Source: Candidatus Acidiferrales bacterium (GTDB taxonomy: Bacteria; Acidobacteriota; Terriglobia; Terriglobales; Acidobacteriaceae). From it: a stretch of 64,000 nucleotides of DNA. The stretch spans positions 11,172 through 75,171 of the forward strand of contig DATNLE010000379.1 of the NCBI GenBank assembly GCA_035603035.1, given 5' to 3'. The position numbers and the translations under genes were made by a program. Of the stretch, positions 27,991 through 35,903 are shown piece after piece. The notes below the pieces were generated by a model. It made no database searches and was not told the DNA's origin. It saw only the letters and a list, made by a program, of their open reading frames with translations. How positions within the stretch are numbered: the first letter of the stretch is position 1; each line of letters begins with the position of its first letter.

Positions 27991-29051
27991 CTCAGAGCTC
28001 CATCGTTGATCGTGATTGCAGTTGGCCCTTTTTGAACCAGTCTTTGGTAAATGGTGAGATACTCCGCTGCCATTCGTTCAGCGGAGAAATGTTGCTCGAA
28101 ATGTTTACGGCAGCTCTGGCGACTGATTGCTTTTAGGTTTTTTACCGCCGCCACGGCCCCCTCTGCGTCGGCGACGACGAAACCCGTCACGCCATTCTCC
28201 ACGATCTCGGGGACGGAGCCGTACGGGTAGGCGATTACCGGCGTGCCACAGGCCAATGCTTCGATCATAACAATTCCGAAAGGCTCGGGCCACTGGATGG
28301 GGAAAAGCAAAGCAGATGCGTCTCCCAGAAAATCATTTTTTCGATCGTGCCCGATCTCGCCGATGAACTCAACCAGTCCGTGGTTCAGCAAAGGCTTGAT
28401 TCGGTTCTTAAAATACTCCGAATCTGCTTGATCTACTTTCGCGGCGATTTTCAATCGCATGCCAGAGCGGCAGGCAATCTCGATCGCCTCATCCACACCT
28501 TTCTCCGGCGAAACTCTCCCCAAAAATGCGAGATAGTTTCCCTCCCCATTGCCCATCGTAAGCGATTGAGGAGGCATTCCGTGGTGTACTGTACCTTGCC
28601 AGTTGACCCATGGAAGAGGGGTCCTCTGGGCATCCGAGATCGATACCAGCGGCAGTTCGCGGAAGCTTTGATACAAAGGCACGAGGTCCGGCATGTCCAA
28701 CCGTCCGTGCAGAGTGGTCAGACACGGTACTTCGGAACGCAGGCTCAAAGAAAAGTGAAGATAGTCAGCGTGGAAATGGATCAGATCGAACGCCGCCGCC
28801 TCCCGAAACACGTGTTCCACCATGAGGACGTGATGGGCCACCGGATCCTTACACTGTGCATCGAGCCGCAAAGCTCGGGGGCAAACAGGCACCAGCCGGG
28901 CATTGGTTACCGAATCACCACTTGCGAAAAGAGTGACGTCATGCCCCAGACGCACCAGTTCCTCGGTGAGCCAGGAAACTACCCGCTCCGTGCCGCCATA
29001 AAGCAGGGGCGGAACACTTTCGAAAAGTGGTGCTACCTGAGCGATCCTCAT
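27957..29051 (-). CDS. Family 4 glycosyltransferase (GT-B)
   Basis: MRIAQVAPLFESVPPLLYGGTERVVSWLTEELVRLGHDVTLFASGDS plus a C-terminal EPFGIVMIEALACGTPVIA (E-x7-E region). The 3' end overlaps the downstream GDE-like start by 34 nt. Confidence 0.85.
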   Translation of the reverse strand: MRIAQVAPLFESVPPLLYGGTERVVSWLTEELVRLGHDVTLFASGDSVTNARLVPVCPRALRLDAQCKDPVAHHVLMVEHVFREAAAFDLIHFHADYLHFSLSLRSEVPCLTTLHGRLDMPDLVPLYQSFRELPLVSISDAQRTPLPWVNWQGTVHHGMPPQSLTMGNGEGNYLAFLGRVSPEKGVDEAIEIACRSGMRLKIAAKVDQADSEYFKNRIKPLLNHGLVEFIGEIGHDRKNDFLGDASALLFPIQWPEPFGIVMIEALACGTPVIAYPYGSVPEIVENGVTGFVVADAEGAVAAVKNLKAISRQSCRKHFEQHFSAERMAAEYLTIYQRLVQKGPTAITINDGALSWTDLAPNSTT

Positions 29052-29225
29052 ATAAGTAACGGCTATTGCAGAATAAATTTCAATGCAACGTGGGTCTATA
29101 AGGTGGGCGCTGTAGCGCGAGGGGTGAACTTACTATTGTGATCTGCTCACGAATCTGGAAATATGCTGAGAACCGCGGGTAGAGTACCCGATCGACTCGC
29201 GAGCTGCCACGCGCAGGCGCGATCC

Positions 29226-29860
29226 CTATCGGCCTACGTGGCGCTCACGGCTAGCCCTTTTCATGCGGCGAAAATGCTCCAACATCTTATCGACGGCCTT
29301 ACCCGAGTTTCTTTTCGCTGTTCTGCGGATTGTTGCTCAGCGTGTCAGGGGACACACCGCGCCGGAGCAGTTGCTTGTTGTGCGCATCTTAATCGTGGAA
29401 GTCCAGAACCAGGGAGTCAACGGGATAATTTCCACCTGCGGGGGATTTCACCCCTACCTACCCAGCGCCAGCCTCCCATACCGTCATAAAAGGTCTGGTA
29501 TTCCTGCTGGTTACGAGTGCTGCCCAGGGCGGTGATAGCGACGTCTCTACCGTCGTCTACTCGCTGCCAACCTTTCGATTGCAGTGCGGGTCAACCGCAT
29601 CCTGAATTCGGTTCTGCCACAAGGGGTCGGTAGACTTAACCTTTTCCCAATATTAAAGGATGATATTGGAAAAAGTTTGCCTGATGGTCGTACTCGAGTT
29701 TCACATCCTGCGCCGGGGCGCCTGCAGCTAACGTCAGCAGGATGGAGAGGTTGAGCAAAAAACGCGGAGTGATTTCATCGGGTTCTCCGAAAGTAAGAAT
29801 CTCGCTGCGCCAGGCAGACGCAGGTCCGCGCTCAACGGATTGGGCAACTGTGAGAGGCAT
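29226..29860 (-). pseudogene. Decayed DUF4136-like lipoprotein gene (at least 4 frameshifts plus an in-frame TAA)
   Basis: Manual 3-frame reading of the minus strand finds six pieces. They are LAAGAPAQDVKLEYDHQANFFQYH (track ORF 29636..29860), KSTDPLWQNRIQDAVDPHCNRKVGSE (29637-29557) and VDDGRDVAITALGSTRNQQEYQTFYDGMGGWRWVGRGE. Then come GNYPVDSLVLDFHD-TAA(29391-29389)-DAHNKQLLRRGVSPDTLSNNPQNSEKKLG and GKAVDKMLEHF. Together they follow the DUF4136 order but need repeated frame changes. Confidence 0.6.
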
Positions 29861-30016
29861 CCGTTTCTTGCGAGGATTATGGCGAAGTGTTTGACCTTTA
29901 GGCCCACCACGGAATTACGGATGAGATCGAACGATAATTCGAGCGAAGGATGATTCAAACTTTAGGCGCGAGGGCCTCGCTCACTGAACCCACGCTCGCG
30001 ATCAGGGCGTACATGC

Positions 30017-30985
30017 TTGGCCGCAAGGTCCGGAAAAGACATGGCGAAAGATCGAGGGCCTTCGTCGGCAAACGATGCCTGGCAACCACAAGAAAAAAAA
30101 GCACATCTAAGGTGCGTGCCTGAAGGGTCAAAATCCGCGCCCGAAGCTGAAGTACTACCTGTAACCTCGTCTATGCCAGCCGACGTTCCGAAGGAACAGG
30201 CCACGCTATTTCGGGAAGTGCTGACCGTGCTCGAAGAGGAGGAAGTTCCCTATGCGGTTTCCGGCGCTTTTGCGCTGCGTGCGCATACAGGAATTTGCCG
30301 ATTTACCAAAGACCTTGATCTTTTCATGACGGCGAAAACATCTTGTGACGTCTTTCCCTACTTACGCCAGCGCGGCTTCGATTGCGAGGTGCGCGATCCA
30401 GTCTGGCTGGGCAAGGCTCGCAAGGGAGATTTTTTTGTGGATCTGATTACGGGCATGAGCAATGGCGTAATCGTCGTGGAAGATTCCTGGATCGAGCGGG
30501 CCAGCCCGTTTGTTGTATATGGGGTTAAGACCCGCGTACTGGCTCCCGAGGAGTTAGTTGCTTCCAAGATCTTTGTGGCCAAGCGGGAGCGCTTCGACGG
30601 CGCCGATATCGCACATGTGATCTATGGCACGCACGGCTCCTTCGATTGGGAGCGAGAATTGAAACTGGTGGGCGAACACTGGGAGATGCTTTTGTGGTCG
30701 CTGCTCCTATTTCGCTATGTCTATCCCGCGCAGACGCATTACGTTCCAACTGCGATATGGCAGAAACTGTTGCGTCGTTTCGAGAATCAGATCGCAAGGC
30801 CCCATCCCAACGCCAGCTTCCGGGGAAGCCTGGTAGATGAAAACATGTTCGCTATCGACATCAACGAATGGGACCTGGCGAACTTGCTCGAAGAGACCCG
30901 TCAGAAACGTCTCGCGGAAATCGGTGCAATTCCGGAATGTACCAGCGCCGCGGAAAGATCAAGCGTGCTGAATCGAACTGCATGA
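30017..30985 (+). CDS. Pol-beta-fold nucleotidyltransferase-family protein (start uncertain)
   Basis: VPYAVSGAFALRAHTGICRFTKDLDLF fits the hG[GS]-x(9-15)-DhDh NTase signature, with a possible third acidic residue in DFFVDLI. A helical C-terminal half follows. Alternative starts are at 30041 and 30173. Confidence 0.6.
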   Translation: MAARSGKDMAKDRGPSSANDAWQPQEKKAHLRCVPEGSKSAPEAEVLPVTSSMPADVPKEQATLFREVLTVLEEEEVPYAVSGAFALRAHTGICRFTKDLDLFMTAKTSCDVFPYLRQRGFDCEVRDPVWLGKARKGDFFVDLITGMSNGVIVVEDSWIERASPFVVYGVKTRVLAPEELVASKIFVAKRERFDGADIAHVIYGTHGSFDWERELKLVGEHWEMLLWSLLLFRYVYPAQTHYVPTAIWQKLLRRFENQIARPHPNASFRGSLVDENMFAIDINEWDLANLLEETRQKRLAEIGAIPECTSAAERSSVLNRTA

Positions 30986-31689
30986 GAATCGCGGCCACAG
31001 GCGACCTGCATTTCACACCACAGGGTTACACCAAGCTCAAGGACCAATTTGAGCGGGTGCGCGACGAAGCCGATATCCTTGTATTGGCTGGCGATCTGAC
31101 GAACTTCGGACAGCCTGACGAAATGGAGCCGCTTTTAAATGTCTTAGTTCGTTTGCGTTTGCCCACCATTGTCGTGCTGGGGAACCACGACTATGAAAGC
31201 GGCAAGGAGGCGGAACTTGCGCGCCTCATCATCGCGTCAGGAATAAAGCTTCTCGATGGAAGTGCCTACGAGAGGGATGGTGTTGGCTTTGCGGGAACCA
31301 AGGGATTCGTTGGCGGATTTGGGCGGGGAATGCTGACGGCATTCGGGGAACGCGAGATCAAAGAGTTTGTTCGCGTTTCCGTCGATGAAGCGCTTAAGCT
31401 GGAGCGCGCAATGTCCCTGTTGCGCACCAAAAAAAGGGTTGTGGTGTTGCACTATTCTCCAATCGCGGAAACCGTGCAGGGCGAGTCTCCCGAGATATTT
31501 CCTTTCATGGGAAACTCACGGCTGGCGGAGGTCGTGGACCGTCACGGAGCCGACCTGGTTGTGCATGGCCACGCCCATCACGGAAAGCCCGATGGCCGGA
31601 CCACGGGCGGAGTCGCGGTGCACAACGTTGCAATTTCCTTGCTTCAGGCGCAGGAGCCGTCGTCGGTATACCGGATCTTTGACTTGTAG
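30982..31689 (+). CDS. Calcineurin-like metallophosphoesterase
   Basis: ATG 30982 overlaps the upstream stop (ATGA). The motifs GDLH, AGDLTN, GNHD, VLHY and HGHAHHG are all present. Confidence 0.8.
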   Translation: MRIAATGDLHFTPQGYTKLKDQFERVRDEADILVLAGDLTNFGQPDEMEPLLNVLVRLRLPTIVVLGNHDYESGKEAELARLIIASGIKLLDGSAYERDGVGFAGTKGFVGGFGRGMLTAFGEREIKEFVRVSVDEALKLERAMSLLRTKKRVVVLHYSPIAETVQGESPEIFPFMGNSRLAEVVDRHGADLVVHGHAHHGKPDGRTTGGVAVHNVAISLLQAQEPSSVYRIFDL

Positions 31690-31714
31690 GCGCGGCGCGG
31701 ATCTTTCGTAACTG

Positions 31715-31743
31715 TTAACGAAATAGTTAAGTCATGCTATAAT
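31715..31743 (+). promoter_or_regulatory. Sigma70-like promoter candidate for the DEAD-box helicase gene
   Basis: TTAACG (31715-31720), a 17-nt spacer, then a perfect TATAAT (31738-31743). This implies a leader of roughly 170 nt before ATG 31923. Confidence 0.4.
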
Positions 31744-31922
31744 AGCTTCAACGCTACTGCCACGGTTTGCTCGTGACGCGGTGATCCTGTTGGATCAGAT
31801 TCACCTCCGCTTTTCCTGCCCGCCGTTTATTCAGCGCAAATCAAAAATAGAGTAAGAGCGGCTGGGAACTCGCGATACGTGTATTCAGAGTTCGATCAAG
31901 CCCTCCAGAAAGAAAATTACGA

Positions 31923-33119
31923 ATGACAAGTTTTATGGAACTACCGCTATCTTCTGCTTTACAGCAGAGGCTGGCGACAGCTCAATTTATTATCCCTACG
32001 CCAATTCAGGTGCAGGCCATCCCTTGCGCCCTTGAGGGCAAGGACGTGTTAGCGACAGCGCAGACCGGTACCGGTAAGACGCTGGCGTTTCTTATCCCGG
32101 TGATTGAAATGCTGCAACGCGAGTCCGCGAAAAAAGCTCGCGTGCTGGTTTTGCTGCCCACGCGCGAACTGGCGATTCAGGTCAACGAGGAGTACGAAAA
32201 ATTGCGCGGCCGGGAACTCTCAAAAGCCGCGCTCGTAATCGGAGGCGTCTCCGAGAAAGCTCAGATTCAGTCAGTACGCGGCGGAGCCGCGATGGTGATT
32301 GCAACTCCGGGCCGCTTGCAGGATTTCATCGGCCGCAAGCTGATCGACCTGCGCGACATCAAGATTCTAGTTCTCGATGAAGCTGATCGCATGCTCGACA
32401 TGGGCTTTCTGCCCGCCATTCGCCGCATTCTCGCGGTGTTGCCGCAACGCCGGCAGACGCTCTGCTTTTCCGCCACTCTGGAGCAATCCGTTGCTGGTCT
32501 GGTGAACGATTCAATGCGGGATCCTGTCCGCATCGCCATCGGTTCGGTGCTCAAGCCAGTCGAGAGTGTTCGTCTGCAAGCCTACGAAGTGCGTCCGGCA
32601 GAGAAACCGGAAGTGCTCCGGCAGTTGCTTTATGCTGAAAAGGGACAAACTCTCATCTTCGCCCGCACCAAGCGTGGCACCGAGAGGCTGGCTAAGGAGT
32701 TAGCCCGCGAAGGTTTTTCCGCGGCCATGATTCACGGGGATCGTTCGCAATCGCAGCGAAATGGCGCGCTCAGTGGATTTCAGCAGGGTAAATTTCAGGT
32801 ACTGGTGGCGACTGATGTTGCCGCCCGTGGCCTGCACGTGGATGATGTCGCACACGTCATCAATTATGACTTGCCAAAGATGGCCGAGGACTTTATCCAT
32901 CGCGTCGGACGCACTGGCCGCGCCGGCTCACAGGGCCTCGCCTCCAGTTTGGTATCGGGTGCCGAAGTCATCGAACTTCGTCACATCGAGCGCGCGCTCA
33001 AGCTGCGAATTGAACGCAAGCAGGTGGATTGGGCCAACGCCGGGCGATCGCAGCATGTTGTCCAAAACACCCTGGCCAGCCGAACTCTGACCCGGTTGCC
33101 TGGCGAAGTTTTTGCCTGA
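31923..33119 (+). CDS. DEAD-box ATP-dependent RNA helicase
   Basis: Q motif PTPIQ, motif I AQTGTGKT, motif II DEAD, motif III SAT and motif VI HRVGRTGRAG are all present. Confidence 0.92.
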   Translation: MTSFMELPLSSALQQRLATAQFIIPTPIQVQAIPCALEGKDVLATAQTGTGKTLAFLIPVIEMLQRESAKKARVLVLLPTRELAIQVNEEYEKLRGRELSKAALVIGGVSEKAQIQSVRGGAAMVIATPGRLQDFIGRKLIDLRDIKILVLDEADRMLDMGFLPAIRRILAVLPQRRQTLCFSATLEQSVAGLVNDSMRDPVRIAIGSVLKPVESVRLQAYEVRPAEKPEVLRQLLYAEKGQTLIFARTKRGTERLAKELAREGFSAAMIHGDRSQSQRNGALSGFQQGKFQVLVATDVAARGLHVDDVAHVINYDLPKMAEDFIHRVGRTGRAGSQGLASSLVSGAEVIELRHIERALKLRIERKQVDWANAGRSQHVVQNTLASRTLTRLPGEVFA

Positions 33120-33148
33120 AAATAGAGGGAATGCGCAAGCAACAAAAA

Positions 33149-33171
33149 GGGCACGTCGTCAAGACGCGCCC
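33149..33171. terminator. Candidate bidirectional hairpin terminator between convergent genes
   Basis: GGGCACGTC-gtcaa-GACGCGCCC pairs at 8 of 9 positions with one A.C mismatch. It is flanked by ACAAAAA upstream and TGCTTGTTT downstream, so a U-rich tail is available on either strand. Confidence 0.45.
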
Positions 33172-33198
33172 TGCTTGTTTCGACACCTAAGGAAGACG

Positions 33199-33459
33199 TT
33201 AGGATTCGGTTTTTTCCGGACTGCGCTCGCGGGGCATACTGGAAATATCGCCGTCGTCTGCTCCCATTTGAAACAGAGCGGCTTGCTCCTCGGCGTGTTT
33301 CTGCAGTTCCGTCAAGTCCAACTCGTTCGAATCGCTTGACGTTCCCAAAGGTTCCTCGGTTTTGCGTTGAACCCTTCGCTCGGCTTTGTCGCGCTGTTTT
33401 TGCTGGCGCGTGTGTTCTTTCTGGCGTTTAGTAAAACTTGATCGACCTCGTCCTGGCAT
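33199..33459 (-). CDS. Small highly charged hypothetical protein (basic N-half, acidic C-half)
   Basis: 86 aa with a GGAGA Shine-Dalgarno 7 nt upstream of ATG 33459. MPGRGRSSFTKRQKEHTRQQKQRDKAERRVQRK is followed by the acidic SDSNELDLTELQKHAEEQAALFQMGADDGD. Confidence 0.5.
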   Translation of the reverse strand: MPGRGRSSFTKRQKEHTRQQKQRDKAERRVQRKTEEPLGTSSDSNELDLTELQKHAEEQAALFQMGADDGDISSMPRERSPEKTES

Positions 33460-33588
33460 TCCCTATCTCCGATTGTAAATTTTAGCGATAGCGGCTGGCG
33501 CACTTCGCGTTTGGTTCTAGTGCAGAGCTGAGGCTGCGGTAACTGTATCACCAGCTGCAGCCGCCCTAATCTCATGCCTCGGCCGGTC

Positions 33589-33942
33589 CTACCAGCGGGG
33601 CTCGCGAGGCTGGCGTGCGTGACCCTGGTAGTCGTCGCGACTGCCGCCACCTCCGCCGCCGAAGCGCTTTCCGCCACTCCCGCCGCGCGGAGCATCGGTC
33701 TTCGGTTTTGCCTCATTGATCTTCAGTGCGCGGCCGCCCAGTTCGGTGCCATTCAAGGCTGCGACCGCTTTGTCCGCTTCTGCGGGATTTGTCATTTCCA
33801 CAAACGCAAACCCTCGCGCGCGCCCAGTCTCGCGATCGGTGACAATGCTGACCCGTTCGACTGCTCCATGAGCCTCAAACACGCCGCGCAATTCCGCTTC
33901 CGTGGTGCTGTGAGGCAGGTTGCCAACATACAAATTCTTCAT
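33589..33942 (-). CDS. RRM-type RNA-binding protein with Gly/Arg-rich tail
   Basis: RNP2 LYVGNL, RNP1 RGFAFVEM and a C-terminal GGSGGKRFGGGGGGSRDD tail are present. Confidence 0.9.
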   Translation of the reverse strand: MKNLYVGNLPHSTTEAELRGVFEAHGAVERVSIVTDRETGRARGFAFVEMTNPAEADKAVAALNGTELGGRALKINEAKPKTDAPRGGSGGKRFGGGGGGSRDDYQGHARQPREPRW

Positions 33943-34556
33943 AAGGTTTCTCTTTCTGTCGCGATTGTTGCTGCAAAGGTCGGTTGAGAATGGACTGCCT
34001 CGGGCTCAGAGTGCCGCTCGATCGCTTCCGCCCAGCGCGATGGCCGGGGTGTTTCTCGTATGGCCCGCGATCGAGCCTCGCTGACCGAACGAACCGAGGA
34101 AATTCTTTTGCAGGCTTCCAGGATTCCCCAGCGTTGTGACACGTTTTGCGAACTCTGGGCAAGCAGCGCGGCAATCATCTCTTTGTGAAGACCCTCTGCG
34201 TTCGTCGCTCCAAGCGCTTCATCGGAATGCGGGGACACGGCAAGATACTCGGGGCTGCCCACGAAAAAAGCAATCCGCTGCCTGGGGTTCGCACCGCGAA
34301 TATCATTACAGAACTGGTCGCGGCTCTCCGGTTCCCCGGTCGCATTGATCAGAACGAGATTGTATAGGTCGGCGCGCCACCAGCACCGGGCCTCGAGCAC
34401 ATCGGCAGCACAATCAACTTCAATGCCGAGCTTTCGCATCACGTCGGCCCGCAAGTCGCGTTTCGTCTGAGAAGTATCCAGCAGGAGTACGCGCTTTTTC
34501 TTGGGCAGGCTGGCACTCGGAGTCGAAACCGGCAATGTCACAACGGACGCGGTCAT
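33939..34556 (-). CDS. Receiver-like (pseudo-receiver) domain protein
   Basis: The layout is CheY-like (KKKRVLLLDTS ... ADLYNLVLINATGEP ... RIAFFVG). DT replaces DD and Asn sits at the expected phospho-acceptor position. An AAGGAG SD lies 8 nt upstream. Both ends overlap their neighbours by ATGA. Confidence 0.55.
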   Translation of the reverse strand: MTASVVTLPVSTPSASLPKKKRVLLLDTSQTKRDLRADVMRKLGIEVDCAADVLEARCWWRADLYNLVLINATGEPESRDQFCNDIRGANPRQRIAFFVGSPEYLAVSPHSDEALGATNAEGLHKEMIAALLAQSSQNVSQRWGILEACKRISSVRSVSEARSRAIRETPRPSRWAEAIERHSEPEAVHSQPTFAATIATERETL

Positions 34557-34708
34557 ACCGCTTTCTCCTTCTGGCTTGTCTGCGATCCTGCAGGCACCAG
34601 ATGTTTCTCCGCCAAGGTTTTCAACATTTTCTGATTGCTGACCCGCCGGCTGATCTTTTGCCTGCGCCGCCGGTTGAATCTCGCTTTGTCGCCGTTGATT
34701 CCGGACAT
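34553..34708 (-). CDS. Unannotated 51-aa Arg/Lys-rich small ORF
   Basis: Below the size cut-off of the track. Manual translation gives MSGINGDKARFNRRRRQKISRRVSNQKMLKTLAEKHLVPAGSQTSQKEKAV. AGGAGAG lies 7 nt upstream of ATG 34708. Its stop overlaps the start of the next gene (ATGA). Confidence 0.5.
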   Translation of the reverse strand: MSGINGDKARFNRRRRQKISRRVSNQKMLKTLAEKHLVPAGSQTSQKEKAV

Positions 34709-35867
34709 TTTGTTCTCTCCTGCCCCAGGGGCTGACTAACGTAAAAACCTTGCGGCACTCAGGCTCATGTCCCGCGTTGGCGCGTTGTCACGCCGCGGCA
34801 CAATGGATGGAGAGCTAAGAGCGCACCATCAAATGGGCCACCCCGCCAATTCGTTGGGTGGCTGGTGTCTTGGGTTTGAGAGAGTGACTTCCTGGGATTC
34901 GATTAACACGTCACTCGCCTTTCAGAGAATGTTCTCAATCGCGAAGGCGCAACGTGCTGTTCTAGGGTGTCTTCGAGGTCAAGAGCTTTAGTATACGCCG
35001 CATTCACAGATTCTGCTGAAGTCTCGTCGAAGACGCGAGAGGATCTCACCGTAACCCAGATCGTTCAGGGCTGACGCTACTCGGAGGATTGCTTTTGCGC
35101 AGAACAAGACAAAGCATCGGCGCTCCCCCGCTCCCCCGCCAATTTCGAGCCAACTTGCATTTGCAACGTGACCGGCTCCTTCGGCCGATGCGGCTCGGCA
35201 GACTGTCGATTCCTCGCGCGCTGCGCGCTGTCCTTCAAGCACGACAGCGGATTGGCATAAGTGTTCTCCGGGGACGTTTTGTGCAGCCTGTCGCCTTGGG
35301 GGACGGTTACATCATTTGAGCCGCCACCTGTACCGTACATCAAGGTTGGACGCTCTTCACGTGGACGCTTAATGTCGAAGTTCCAGCTACACACTTCCGT
35401 GCTCCAGAAGCAAGTCATTGCCCTGAAACTTGACGAGGGATTCTCCCTGGATCAGAACGCAGGATCCCTCCGTCTCTCGATTGGCCAGGAAGCCGGGTTT
35501 AGTACTTGAGCAAATCTCCCGCGAAACTGCGGTGGAGCCCGGCACCTCCGCGCCGTTCACCCGCACCGTTGCTATGCAGGATGGCGGAACCCGTATCCAC
35601 TGCCAACAGCCAGAGGCAACAGGATAACCATCACCAGGAAACAAATAGGGTGAAGCGAACACACTCATAGCCCGTTAAATTTCAGAACTCTTCTCAGAAG
35701 ATGCTCGCGGCAGGGAGCCGGATCGCCTATAGCTTCTCTCGATGCCACTGGCGCGAACGCAACTTTGGACCGGGTCCGATGACTTGGCTGCGCAGCCCTG
35801 TCGACTCCGGTATGCTTGGCAAGCACGTTTTGATGATGAAGACGATGAAGATCGATTGTCGGGTTTG

Positions 35868-35893
35868 ATCCGAGATGGTTATCCGAGATGGTT
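35868..35893 (+). repeat. Perfect tandem duplication of a 13-nt unit immediately upstream of the ABC ATPase start
   Basis: ATCCGAGATGGTT occupies 35868-35880 and is repeated exactly at 35881-35893. GGTTTGAT flanks both ends (35862-35869 and 35890-35897). The array ends 10 nt before ATG 35904. Confidence 0.9.
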
Positions 35894-35903
35894 TGATTCG
35901 AAC

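Noticed and set aside
35742-35903. N-terminal extension of the ABC ATPase ORF (contains DDEDDEDRLS and the tandem repeat)
   Set aside because: The ABC domain starts right after ATG 35904. The extension has odd composition and contains the 13-nt duplication, so I treat it as leader sequence.
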